Origin: the human T2T-CHM13v2.0 reference genome, Homo sapiens
Assembly: GCF_009914755.1 (NCBI RefSeq)
Contig: NC_060936.1
Strand: one strand, 5' to 3'
Length of the DNA stretch: 64,000 nucleotides
The notes under the pieces were generated by a model, which saw only the letters and a list, made by a program, of their open reading frames with translations, made no database searches and was not told the origin of the DNA. Both the position numbers and the translations under genes were made by a program. Each line of letters opens with the position of its first letter. The first letter of the stretch is position 1. Shown here piece after piece: positions 1 to 12,663 of the stretch.

Positions 1-1258
1 ATTTCATTAGCATAAGGTCCCCCAGGTTCATCCATGTTGTTATAAATTATAGGATTTCCTTCTTTTTCAAGACTAAATAATAGTTCACAATAATATTGTG
101 TATATATATATATGTGTGTCTGTGTATATATGTATCACATTTTTTATCCATTTATCTGTCAAAGAACACTTGGGTTGATTCCATATCTTGGCTTTTATGA
201 ACACTGCCACAATGAACATGGTAATGCAATTATCTCTTTCACATACTTATTTCATTTCTTTTGGCTATATACCCAAAAGTGGGATTGCAGGATCATAGGT
301 AGTTCTATTGTTTTGTTGTGTGGTTTTTCTTTTTTTTTTTTTTTTGGCAGAAACTTCATACTGTAAATCACAATGGTTGTACTAATTTACATTCCCATCA
401 AAAATGCGCAAGGGTTTCCTTTCTCCACAACCTCACCAACACTTATCTTTCATCTTTTTGATAATAGCCATCCTAACAAGTGTATGTTAATATCTCATGG
501 TTTCGCATTGCATTTTTCTCAATTAGCGATGTTGAGCACCTTTTCATATGCCTGTTGACCATTTGTATCTTTTCTTTGAAAAAAAAATGTCTATTCAGGT
601 TCTCTGCCCATTTCAAAATTGGATTATTCTATTTTTGTTTGTTTTACTGTTTGCTATTGAGTTGTATGAGTTAATTATATGGTTTGACTGCTAACCACCT
701 AATGGATATATGGTTTGTAAATATTTTCTCCCAATCCATAGTTCCCTGTTCATTTTGTAGATTTTTTTCCTTTGCTGAAAAGAAACTTTTTAGTTTGATT
801 TAGTTCACTTGTTTACTTTTGCTTTTGTTGCCTGTGCTTTTGTTGTCATATCCAAAAAATCATTACCAAGATGAGTGTCATAGACGTTTTTCCTTTTGCT
901 TTCTCCTAGGAGTTTTACTACTTGGGGTCTTAGGTTTAAATATTTAATTCATTTAAGTTGATTTTGGAGTATGATGTAAGATAACGATCAAATTTCATTT
1001 TTTTTTTTGCATTTGGATATCAAGTTTCTCTAACACATTTCTTGAAAAAGCTATTATTTTCCTCATTGTGTATTCTTGGCTCTTTTGTCAAAGACTAGTT
1101 GACTGACTGTATATATGCAAATATATTTCTGAACTTTCTATTCTGTTCCATTGTTGTATGTGTCTATTTTTAGGCCAGTATTATACTGTTTTGATTACTA
1201 TAGCTTTGTAATAATATAATTTGCAGTCAGGAAGTATATGTCTCCAGCTTTGCTTTTG
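1..1258 (-). mobile_element. Old L1 (L1MA/L1MB-type), ORF2 3' part and 3' UTR fragment
   Basis: Antisense L1 hallmarks: ggttcatccatgttgt, catcctaaca, gatgttgagcaccttttcatatgcctgttgacc, ttttgattactatagctttgtaat; truncated by the window start. Confidence 0.85.
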
Positions 1259-1329
1259 GTTGATGAACATTCGTATGGGAGATAAATAGCACCATACTGC
1301 ATTAGGAGTGGCTCAGGTAACCTATAACA

Positions 1330-2528
1330 AAGAATTCTCTATTTTCCTTCCTATTCCTTACTACCTTGCTTTCATTCATTTCACTTATTCATAGCTATAA
1401 CCACCCAAAAAGGTGTCGCTATTATTACTGTCAACAAGTTATTATCCATTCGATTAATTTAAATATTTATTTTTAATCTTCATTTACTACTTCCCTAATG
1501 CTCTTCCTTCTTTATGTAGCTCCGAATTTCTCACCTATATTGTTTTTTCTCTGAAAAATGTGTTTTAATATATCTTGCACGGTAGGTGACAAATAGGTTC
1601 AGTTTTTGGTTTGTTTGAGAAAGTCGTTATTTCTCCTTCACTTTTGAAGGATAATTGTGCTGAATATATAAGTCTGTATTGGTGGTCATTCATATTCTTT
1701 TTACTTGCATGTCTTTTGAGGAAAAGTCCAATGTAATTCTTATTCTTAGTCCTTATAGATAAGGTATTTTATCCTCTCCTATGGGTTCCTTCAAGATTAT
1801 ATATTTGTCTTTGATTTTCTGCAATTTGAATGGAATATGCCTACCTACAGATTGGTAGGTATCTTTTTTGCTTGGTATTCTCTGCCCTTTCTTGATCTGT
1901 GATTTGGTGTGTGCTATTAATTAAAATTCTCAGTCATTATTGGTTCAAATATTACTTCGATTTCTTTCTTCTCTTTCTAGTTTCTCCATTATGCATATGT
2001 AACTTTTTTTTGTAATTGTCCCACAATTCTTAGATATTCTATTTCAAATTTTAATCTAATTTTCTTTTTGATTTTCAGTTTGGGAAGTTTCTATAGACTT
2101 ATATTCAAGCTCACCAGTTATTTTCTTAGTTGAGTTCAGTCTACTGAAAAGCCCTTCAAAGATATTCTTCATTTTTGTTTCCATCTCGCTGCTTATATTC
2201 CTCATCATTTGTACATTTTTCTACTAATAATAGTTATTTTAAATTCCTGGTTTAGTAATTCCAAAATCTCTGCCATATTTGAGTCTGGTTATGATGCATG
2301 CTTTGTTTCTTCAGATTGTGTTTTTGCTTTTTAGCATTCCTGTTAATTTTTGTTCTTGAAAGCTAAACATGATATTAGTGGAAAAGACACTCAGATAAAT
2401 TGGCCTTAGTGTGAGATTTTATGTTGATCTGGGTAAGAGTTAAACTTTCTGCTATAACTTTGGAGTCAGCGGCCAAAGTCTCCTCTAGAGTCCCTACATT
2501 TATCCTCTCTGCTTCCTTGGGTTTCCTA
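1330..2528 (-). mobile_element. Ancient L1 (L1MC/L1MD-type) ORF1 region, left part
   Basis: T-rich antisense L1 ORF1-like text (tttctccttcacttttgaaggataatt, tcaagctcac...ttgagttcagtctactg); continues after the L1PA insertion. Confidence 0.65.
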
Positions 2529-2541
2529 AGGGCTCGTTCTT

Positions 2542-3016
2542 TTTTTTTTCTTCTTCTTCTTTTTTTATTATACTTTAAGTTCTAGGGTACAGGTACACAA
2601 CATACAGGTTTGTTACATATGTATATATGTGCCATGTTGGTGTGCTGCACCCATTAACTCGTCATTTACATTAGGTATATCTTCTAATGCTATCCCTCCC
2701 CCCTCCCCCCACCCCACAACAGGCCCTGGTGTATGATGTTCCCCTTCCTGTGTCCAAGTGTTCTCATTGTTCAATTCCCACCTATGAGTGAGAACATGTG
2801 GTGTTTGGTTTTCTGTCCTTGCGATCGTTTGCTAAGAATGATATTGCGGCACTATTCACAATAGCAAAGACTTGGAACCAACCCAAATGTCCATCAATGA
2901 CAGACTGGATTAAGAAAATGTGGCACATATACACCATGGAATACTATGCAGCCATAAAAAAGGTTGAGTTCATGTCCTTTGTAGGGACATGGATGAAGCT
3001 GGAAACCATCATTCTC
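2542..3016 (-). mobile_element. 5'-truncated, 5'-inverted L1PA (twin priming)
   Basis: Poly(T) plus antisense L1PA 3' UTR at 2542-2842, then sense ORF2 C-terminus at 2843-3018 (IAALFTIAKTWNQPKCPS...); TSD agggctc(g/t)ttctt at 2529-2541 and 3017-3029. Confidence 0.92.
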
Positions 3017-3029
3017 AGGGCTCTTTCTT

Positions 3030-3722
3030 AAACAACATTTGAGGCTGGCAGTTCTTTCCGTTGTAATCCCCTGTTATCATGCAGAAGCCTGATTGATTTG
3101 GTGGTAAAGTGTGCCATGATTAGTCTCTCAGTCTTTCAGTGAGCTTCCATATGTGACCTTCATAAGTGCTTCTCAGCTATCTTCAGCCCTTTTAGGTGAG
3201 ACAGGGAGACTAGACAGGGCTGAAGTTGGATATTTCCCTTCCCCCAGGTCAGTTATGTTCCATTGTGTGCCAAATAGGTTAGGCTCGGGTAAAATAGTTT
3301 CCCTCGAAGGCAAGCCTTTGTTAAGAACAGAGTGCTCTCCTCTCCCTGCCAGAGAAGCATGAGGAGATTATTGCCTTCATCGTAAGAGAACTTGGTGGAA
3401 CTCCTGGAGGTAAAACTCATGAAAGTGTGAGCCCTCTTTAAGGACTTTTTAATCTCTCAAGCTGGTCCATGTTGTGTCCAGCATGTTTTCAATACCCTTT
3501 AAGTTTTCCTACCAGTTGCTGGCTCAAGCAGTAGCTTCTAATCTTAGTAAACTGGGATTTTCTGTTCTTGTGTGTCTCTCCAGTTGTGGGGGCAGTGGTT
3601 TGCCCTGTGACCTCTGTTCTCTAATGGGTCTAAGAAATTTAATGTTTTTAATGTTTTTCTAGTTGTGAAGATGGGAGCGATGACATCTAAGTTCTTAATA
3701 TGTCAGACCAGAAAATGGAAGT
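3030..3722 (-). mobile_element. Ancient L1 (L1MC/L1MD-type) 5' UTR and 5' terminus
   Basis: Reverse complement reads acttccattttctggtctgacat...gaggtcacagggcaaaccactgccccc, matching L1MC/MD 5'-end consensus as I recall it. Confidence 0.65.
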
Positions 3723-3875
3723 AGTTAAAATAGAATAGAAGTGTTTAGGTCTAAATTACATAAACAGAAAAGAATTATTATTGAAAAAAGATAATTCAGA
3801 ACAAATTTGAAATGCTTTCAGACAAAAAAAGGGAAAATCACAGATAAAAATTATGAGAACCATATACGTGTTTGT

Positions 3876-6086
3876 GTATATATATGTAAAAATATATATT
3901 TATGTATATATAAGTATATATTCATAAATATATATAAGTATATATTCATACATAAATATATAAGTATATATTCATACATAAATATATAAGTATATATTCA
4001 TAAATATATATAAGTATATATTCATACATAAATATATATAAGTATATATTCATAAATATATATAACTATATATTCATATATATAAGTATATATACATAAA
4101 TATATATAAGTATATATACATAAATATATATGTATATATACATAAATATATATAAGTATATATTCACACATAAATATATATATGTATTCACACATAAATA
4201 TATATAAGTATGTATTGATACATAAATATATATAAGTATGTATTCATACATAAATATCTAAGTATGTATGAATACATACATATATACATATGTATTCATA
4301 CATACATATATACGTATGTATTCATACATACATATATACGTATGTATTCATACATACATATATAAGTATGCATACATACATATGTAAGTATATATTCATA
4401 CATGCATATGTAAGTATATATTCATACATGCATATGTAAGTATATATTCATACATGCATATGTAAGTATATATTCATACATGCATATGTAAGTATATATT
4501 CATACATGCATATGTAAGTATATATTCATACATGCATATATAAGTATATATTCATACATGCATATATAAGTATATATTCATACATGCACATATATAAGTA
4601 TATATTCATACATGCACATATATAAGTATATATTCATACATGCACATATATAAGTATATATTCATACATGCACATATATAAGTATATATTCATACATGCA
4701 CATATATAAGTATATATTTATACATGCATATATATAAGTATATATTTATACATACATATATAAGTATATATTTATACATAACTTATATATAAATATATAA
4801 GTATATATTTATACATAACTTATATATAAATATATAAGTATATATTTATACATAACATATATAAATAAGTATATATTTATACATAACATATATAAATATA
4901 TAAGTATATATTTATACATAACTTATATATAAATATATAAGTATATATTTATACATAACATATATAAATAAGTATATATTTATACATAACTTATATATAA
5001 ATATATAAGTATATATTTATACATAACTTATATATAAATATATAAGTATATATTTATACATAACATATATAAATATATAAGTATATATTTATACATAACT
5101 TATATATAAATATATAAGTATATATTTATACATAACATATATAAATATATAAGTATATATTTATACATAACTTATATATAAATATATAAGTATATATTTA
5201 TACATAACATATATAAATATATAAGTATATATTTATACATAACTTATATTTAACTATATAAGTATATATTTCTACATAACTTATATATAAATATATAAGT
5301 ATATATTTATACATACTTATCTATAAATATATAAGTATATATTTATACATAACTTATATATAAATATATGAGTATATATTTATACATAACTTATATATAA
5401 ATATATGAGTATATATTTATACATAACTTATATATAAATATATGAGTATATATTTATACATAACATATATAAATATATGAGTATATATTTATACATAACA
5501 TATATAAATATATGAGTATATATTTATACATAACATATATAAATATATGAGTATATATTTATACATAACATATATAAATATATGAGTATATATTTATACA
5601 TAACATATATAAATATATGAGTATATATTTATACATAACATATATAAATATATGAGTATATATTTATACATAACATATAAATATATGAGTATATATTTAT
5701 ACATAACATATATAAATATATGAGTATATATTTATACATAACATATATAAATATATGAGTATATATTTATACATAACTTATATATAAATATATATACTTA
5801 AATATAAATATATACTTATATATATACTTACATATATACTTATAAGTATATACTTATATATAAAAACATATACTTATAAGTATATACTTATATATATACT
5901 TAGATACATACTTATAAGTATATACTTATATATACTTACATATGTACTTATAAGTATATACTTATATATAAAAACATATACTTATATATAAACATATATA
6001 CTTATATATACTTATATATGCTTATATATAAGTATATCTAAGTGTGTGTATATATATAAATATATATGTGTGTGTATATATATATG
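3876..6086. repeat. AT-rich compound minisatellite, about 2.2 kb, with blocks of 26-, 28-, 37- and 35-bp units
   Basis: Periods measured directly: gtaag at 4384/4410/4436 (26 bp); gcac at 4586/4614 (28 bp); aag at 4762/4799/4836 (37 bp); gag at 5479/5514 (35 bp). Confidence 0.97.
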
Positions 6087-6146
6087 CAGTTGGCTAACTG
6101 CTAGGAAAATCTAATAATAAACAGATACAGCTTTTAACTACAAACT
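6087..6146 (+). repeat. 60-bp direct repeat, copy 1 (copy 2 at 7974-8033)
   Basis: 55/60 ungapped identity to 7974-8033. Confidence 0.95.
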
Positions 6147-6180
6147 ATATACACAGACACACACACACACATATATATAC

Positions 6181-6818
6181 TGATGGGGCTCAGAAAGCAA
6201 TTCCTCAAAGACTGGCATATTAGCATTCTGAGAGGCCTTAGAAGCTACCTCAAAATCAAGGTCCCTCTAACGTAGTTTGTTACCCTTCTCCAAGCAGAGG
6301 CAAGGACCCTCTGGAATTTTCTTATTTGGCCAAGAAAGCTTCTTTCCAAAATAAATGCACTTGTCTGATGATTTCCTCCCTGGGGACCTCATTAAATATG
6401 CAGAAAACATTCATCCTCTGAGAAGAGAAGACACTGGAAGTCATTATCATGCCCAGACAGACTTTCCATCTAATCTGAAGGCAGCTCCAAGAGATAACCT
6501 AAACATTTTTATCTTCATAATAAGACAAACTTTTTTCAAATTAACCATTGTCTGAGCGTTGGGTCTATTCCTTTTTCCTGAAAATCATTCCCTTGTACAC
6601 CAACCACTTCCTATTCCCTTATGAACAGGACATTTAAGCCTCAACTATTTGGCCCCTCTTTGAGTTCATTTTTTGTATGACTCCCATGCACACATGTACA
6701 TGTAACAGTAGTAAATGTATCATGCTTTTCTCTTGTTGACCTGTTTTTTGTTATAGGAGTGTCGACTGTGACCTTTTTCCATGAGCAGGAAAAGGATCAC
6801 CCTTTTCCCATGCCTAAA
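6181..6818 (+). mobile_element. ERV1-class solo LTR (MER39-like)
   Basis: Starts TGATGGGGCTCAGAAA, ends ...aaggatcacccttttcccatgcctaaa; 4-bp TSD atac at 6177-6180 and 6819-6822. Confidence 0.75.
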
Positions 6819-7973
6819 ATACTATGTGAATGCCTTGAAGCCCTAGATGAATATGTTATTATCACTAATTTATGGTGCTGTGAGTTTTCCCCCAAATAAT
6901 AGAAGGGAAGAGTATATACATGTTTTCATCTTCCATGGCTCATTATCTCATCCATATACCATGTTAAAAATATACCAATTTGAGCTTAGAAGTATGTTTA
7001 CTGGAAAAGAGATTGAATTGACATTTACCACAAAATTTCTATAAAAGAAGTGGAACAACAGCAATGAAAATTAATCTTGACAACTTAGGAACTGGTAAGA
7101 GCTATTCAAACTATATATGCAAAAATTTTCAAATATTTGTTGCTGGCAAAAAAGCCCATTCTTCAAAACAATGTAATACAGTAATACAATTGAAAGGCAG
7201 AAAAAAGTGGACTGGCTCTGCTTAGAGCAGAAGAGGAGGCTCATAGCTATCCACCCTACATGGCTTCTTCTCTTTCTGTATTACATGTTCTCTTTCTGTC
7301 TTACATCCATGTGGTAGCACCTGCACATTTCCACATTTGTAGGAGCATCTTTTTAGAAAGAAATTATTGAATAATAGTCCAAATATTATTGGATAGGCCA
7401 TTCATTCCTAACAACCTTGGCAATTCGAAGATCACATGTTAATACCATTAAAAGCCAGATTACTAACTGTATTATCTGAGAATTTGAATATTATAGGATT
7501 TAGAAAATTATGTATCTGCTACTACAACTGGAATATCACACACCCATCTCCTCTTGGGGACATAAGATTAGATTCAGTTTTGATCATTTATGTTTTCTTA
7601 AAGCTGTATGTCTACTGCTTTCTTGACTGCGATTTTGGGGGATGATCCTATTTAGATGACAAATCCTGTTGCAAGGCTAACTTTTTAATGCCTACACCAG
7701 TAAGTGTGTCTAAATGTGACGTCACCAAGAAAATTAAAATTATTAGTGTAATTTTTTCATCTATTTATCTATTTTCTGTCTAACTCTCAAAATGCATGTA
7801 AAGGTTAATGGTAGTTATCCCTGTCATGTAATTATGAGTAACTCATTTTCTTCTTTACATGTGCCTATATTATAAATATATGCAGTGGATATATTTTCTA
7901 TTTTTTACATAAGACACTTAACGAACAGTAAATACTGTGCCTAATTTAAAACATTAATATGTATGACATGAGA

Positions 7974-8033
7974 CAGTTGGCCAACTGCCAGCAACATCTA
8001 ATAATCAACAGATACAGCTTTTAACTACAAACT
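7974..8033 (+). repeat. 60-bp direct repeat, copy 2
   Basis: Matches 6087-6146; begins with the perfect 14-bp palindrome CAGTTGGCCAACTG. Confidence 0.95.
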
Positions 8034-9239
8034 TAAACAACCAAATAACCTCATGTAAAAATAATAGGCTAAGCCAATTAGAGGAAAACCATTGATGATC
8101 TAAACAAATTTTATATAAACCTCCTGTGAAAGACAGTATGTCACATGCATCTTATAGAAAATTAATTTGACAGTTACAAAAAACTTCCTTCAAGAGGATG
8201 AAAAAAGAGACTCCAACAGTATTTTTGTAGCACCATTGATAGGCAGTATTAAGCAACTATGTATACAAAATTGAAAAAAATAACTCATGATGTGGAAAAT
8301 CAATAACTTTTCTCAACCTACACGTACTCGCCTTTTGAAGATGTCTCATTAAAGAATATAGAAATGAAAGCCATGTATAATGTGTTCAAGCACTGTAAGA
8401 ATAAATTGTAATAATTACTTATACTGACTTTGGTAATATTCCAATAAATGTTTGACAGACAAAACAGAAATTACTCATTATCAATGATCCCCATTCAAAC
8501 TGGCATTCCTCAATATTATACAGGATATAATGATAAAATTGTATTGTAATGTTATAGGACATACGATATCCAGAACAAAAAGAAAGTGCTAATTATCTAA
8601 ACAAATATAAATTTATTAACATGAAAATAACCAGATTTTATTGTTGATAAAGCAATATAATCCATCTATCCATCTGTTTGTTTGCAAACATTATATCAGA
8701 CCCTATCAAAATATGTTGATACTTGCTGATAGTGCCTGAAACATGGCATCACTCAACAAATATCAGTCACCTACTCCTCTACTGTGTTCTGGTTCTACAT
8801 TCTCATATCTAAGCCATTTTCCTCTTTGAGAACGGAGATCAAATCTTTCATCTTCCACTTGGATTTTGCCAACATTCCTGGATCATAGCAATCTGGCCTC
8901 ACTTGTCAATGTGCACTCCCTTTTTTGTTACTGTTTGTTATGTATCATCTATCTGTTAGATTTGTGAATAATCACTCTCTCAACCTTCTTCTAAACATCA
9001 CAAAGAAAAGAATTAGATGCTTTTGAATACATATACCTTAGAGTAGTATGGAATGCAAAATTGCCTAGTAAATATTTATTCATGAAGACTAAACATAAGA
9101 AAATGTTATTCATTTATATCTAAGAATTTACATGGAGCATGGACCAAGATTTTTATGCTCCCCTAAGCAAGGGTGTGTTTCTCTAGATCTACTTTCTCAC
9201 TTGCTCCACTGTTTTTTCAAGCACTTTCAATGGTTCCTG

Positions 9240-9450
9240 CTTCTGAGCTTCTACTATGAGCCAAGTCTTTTGCATACATCATCTTTTAATTATCACAGTA
9301 ATACTATGAGCTATAAATTACTAATCCTATGTTGCAGATTAGTAAATCAAGACTTAAAGTTAACAAAACTTTAGAGGCTCATGGTAGCAAAACCTAAATT
9401 AGACCTCGGTCTGCCTGACTTCAAAGTATGGTTTCTTCTAACCATACTAC
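9240..9450 (-). mobile_element. MIR SINE
   Basis: Degenerate MIR core (tactatgag...atcctatgttgcagat...ggtctgcctgacttcaaag...ctaaccatactac). Confidence 0.6.
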
Positions 9451-9974
9451 AATATCTACGTGTACTTAAGCAATCAAAGTCCAGTTTTCTTTCAGCTCTC
9501 TCTTTAGTGTGATTTGCTTGGCACAGACTTTTCATAATTTTTACCATCGTGCACTCTGGATCAAGTACACATAAATACATTACTCCCCCTCCACACACAC
9601 ACACATGCATATACTTATACTCACATACACAAAACCTCCAAGGAGTAAATATTTATTTTAAAAAACAATACAGTAATAAGAAGGGAAATATATACCTCAA
9701 GATTCCCAAAATGTATATGAAACTAGCAATCATAATTATGCAAATTATTTGTACAACAGTCTTAGATTCTCATTCTCATTTTAACTAGTACTTCCTTGGC
9801 CTTCCTGAGAATAAGCAAAAAGCCAATTACAAAGCCTCATCCACTTCAAGGCTACTCAAATAGCCAGAGAAAATTCCAGTCAAAACTGAAATTATTGTCC
9901 ATACATTTTCAAAATCTTAATGGCTAAAATGCTGTCAGGGGTGTGTGTGTGTTTGTTTGTGTGAGTGTCTGTTC

Positions 9975-10820
<846 letters not shown>

Positions 10821-11199
10821 ATAAGACTGATAAGACTGAATTTTAATTAGTTTTTTTTTGTTGTTGTTGTTTTTCAAAGTGTTTTTCATTGTTATCTCCA
10901 CTCTTTTGGGTGTAAAATTAGCTGTCTTTGCCAAGATTTCATGGCCTTAAGTTTCTGCAGTTTCTCGTGCTGTTAACTCTTCCTTGCAAACCCAGCAAGT
11001 CCTTTTTTAATCTCATTGCTTCCTACAACAACTGATGAAATGCAGTCAATGACCAACATACACATTAGTAGCCTGTCTTCCAACTTCATCCCCTAAAGCT
11101 AAGAGTTCATTGTGTACATGATCTGCCTCTCATGTTACCTTTGAAGACATGTTTGCCAAATATTTTTTTCCCATAACATAACATAACACTGATTGTTAC

Positions 11200-11239
11200 T
11201 TTATTAGTCAGGGTTCTCTACAGGGACAAAACTAATAGG

Positions 11240-11328
<89 letters not shown>

Positions 11329-11691
11329 AGTTTATTAAGTATTAACTCACATGATAGGCTATCTGCAAACTGAGAACAAGGAGAGCCAGTCTGAGTCCCA
11401 AAACTGAAGAACCTGGAGTCTGATATTCAAGGGAAGGAAGCATCCAGCACAGGAGAAAGATGCTGTGAGACTAGACCAGTCTAGTCTTTTCACATTTTTC
11501 TGCCTGTTTTGTATCTAGCCATGTTGGCAGCTGATTAGATGGTACCCATGCAAATTAAGAGTGGGTCTGCCTTTCCCAGCCCACTGACTCAAATGTTAAT
11601 CTCCTTTGGCAACACCCTCACAGACACACCCAGGATCAATACTTTGCATCCTTCAATGCAATCAAGTTGACACTCAGTATTAACTATCACA
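11200..11691 (-). mobile_element. MLT2A 3' LTR of HERV-L
   Basis: ttattagtcagggttctcta...cactcagtattaactatcaca; homologous to 19516-19960; adjacent to a polypurine-tract-like sequence. Confidence 0.93.
11241..11326. repeat. (TA)n(TG)n microsatellite inside the 3' LTR
   Basis: Direct reading; nearly absent at the matching position of the 5' LTR. Confidence 0.95.
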
Positions 11692-12120
11692 GGTCCACCC
11701 ATTGTCAACTTGAACTCATTCACGTCTCGACATCATACATAATCTTCAAATAAAGACAAAAATAAGGTCATAATTACACCTAACATAATACAACTATCCT
11801 TCATACAACCAGAAATGCCCCGGTCCCCTGACCAAATACTATTACAAAAAGTTAACAATACTTAAATGCTGATATGAAATCAATAAATATTATGTCACAT
11901 GATAAAGGAAAAAGGAAATAAAATGAAGATATTTTCTTCATACAAGTGTATACATGCACAAGCATGTATTTAACAAAAGTAGGAGGAAATACTCATGACA
12001 ATTACAGTCCTCGTTTCTGCAACAGGACATGTGGTCATAGTTGGTGTTGATGACTACCTTCTTCAACTACCCATTCTGTATTCCCTTTGCTTTCACAAGC
12101 ACCTCAGCAGGTCATGGTTT

Positions 12121-12663
12121 TTATCCTGGTGGACTGACCCAAACCTTCATTCCTAAAGGGTCTGGGCCATTTGTAGTCCTGCCTAGATTGTGCTGTTGTA
12201 GTTTCCCATTGACCTCAATCACAGGGCATGGTAATACTAAGAGACGTTCTAATGGATCTCCTGTACTCCTTGCATATTCTTCCTTATCTCCGTTGTGGAG
12301 TGGTAGACTGATTTCATCTTGATAGTCCAAGTCAATCACCACAGCCAAAGCTGTAACTCTCATCTTAGCCTGTTTACTTAAAGGTAGGAAGAGCCCAAAG
12401 TGTCCAGGTGGCAATCTTAACTTCCTGTTTAACGGAATAGTTGTTGTGTCTCCTGGTGGCAGCATTCCTCCCTCTGGAACTAAGACCTGTAGGCCAGCAG
12501 AACATAATGTCGTGAGACCAGGAAGCAAAAATTTTGCTAGTGGATCACTAGGGGTGATGGTGAGTGGTGCCACTTTCACTTCCACCCCTTGATTCCTGGA
12601 TCCTTGAATCCTGGCTATGGGAGAAACAGTACCATATATTGGACGCTGATTCAGAGCATACAC
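12121..12663 (-). pseudogene. HERV-L integrase C-terminus and dUTPase remnant (180-codon open stretch)
   Basis: SAGLQVLVPEGGMLPPGDTTTIPLNRKLRLPPGHFGLFLP...VIDLDYQDEISL resembles ERV-L dUTPase motifs; position after integrase is characteristic of ERV-L. Confidence 0.85.

Noticed and set aside
3876-6086. Tandem array as a CRISPR-like repeat-spacer system
   Set aside because: No unique spacers, low-complexity head-to-tail units, primate context and no cas genes.
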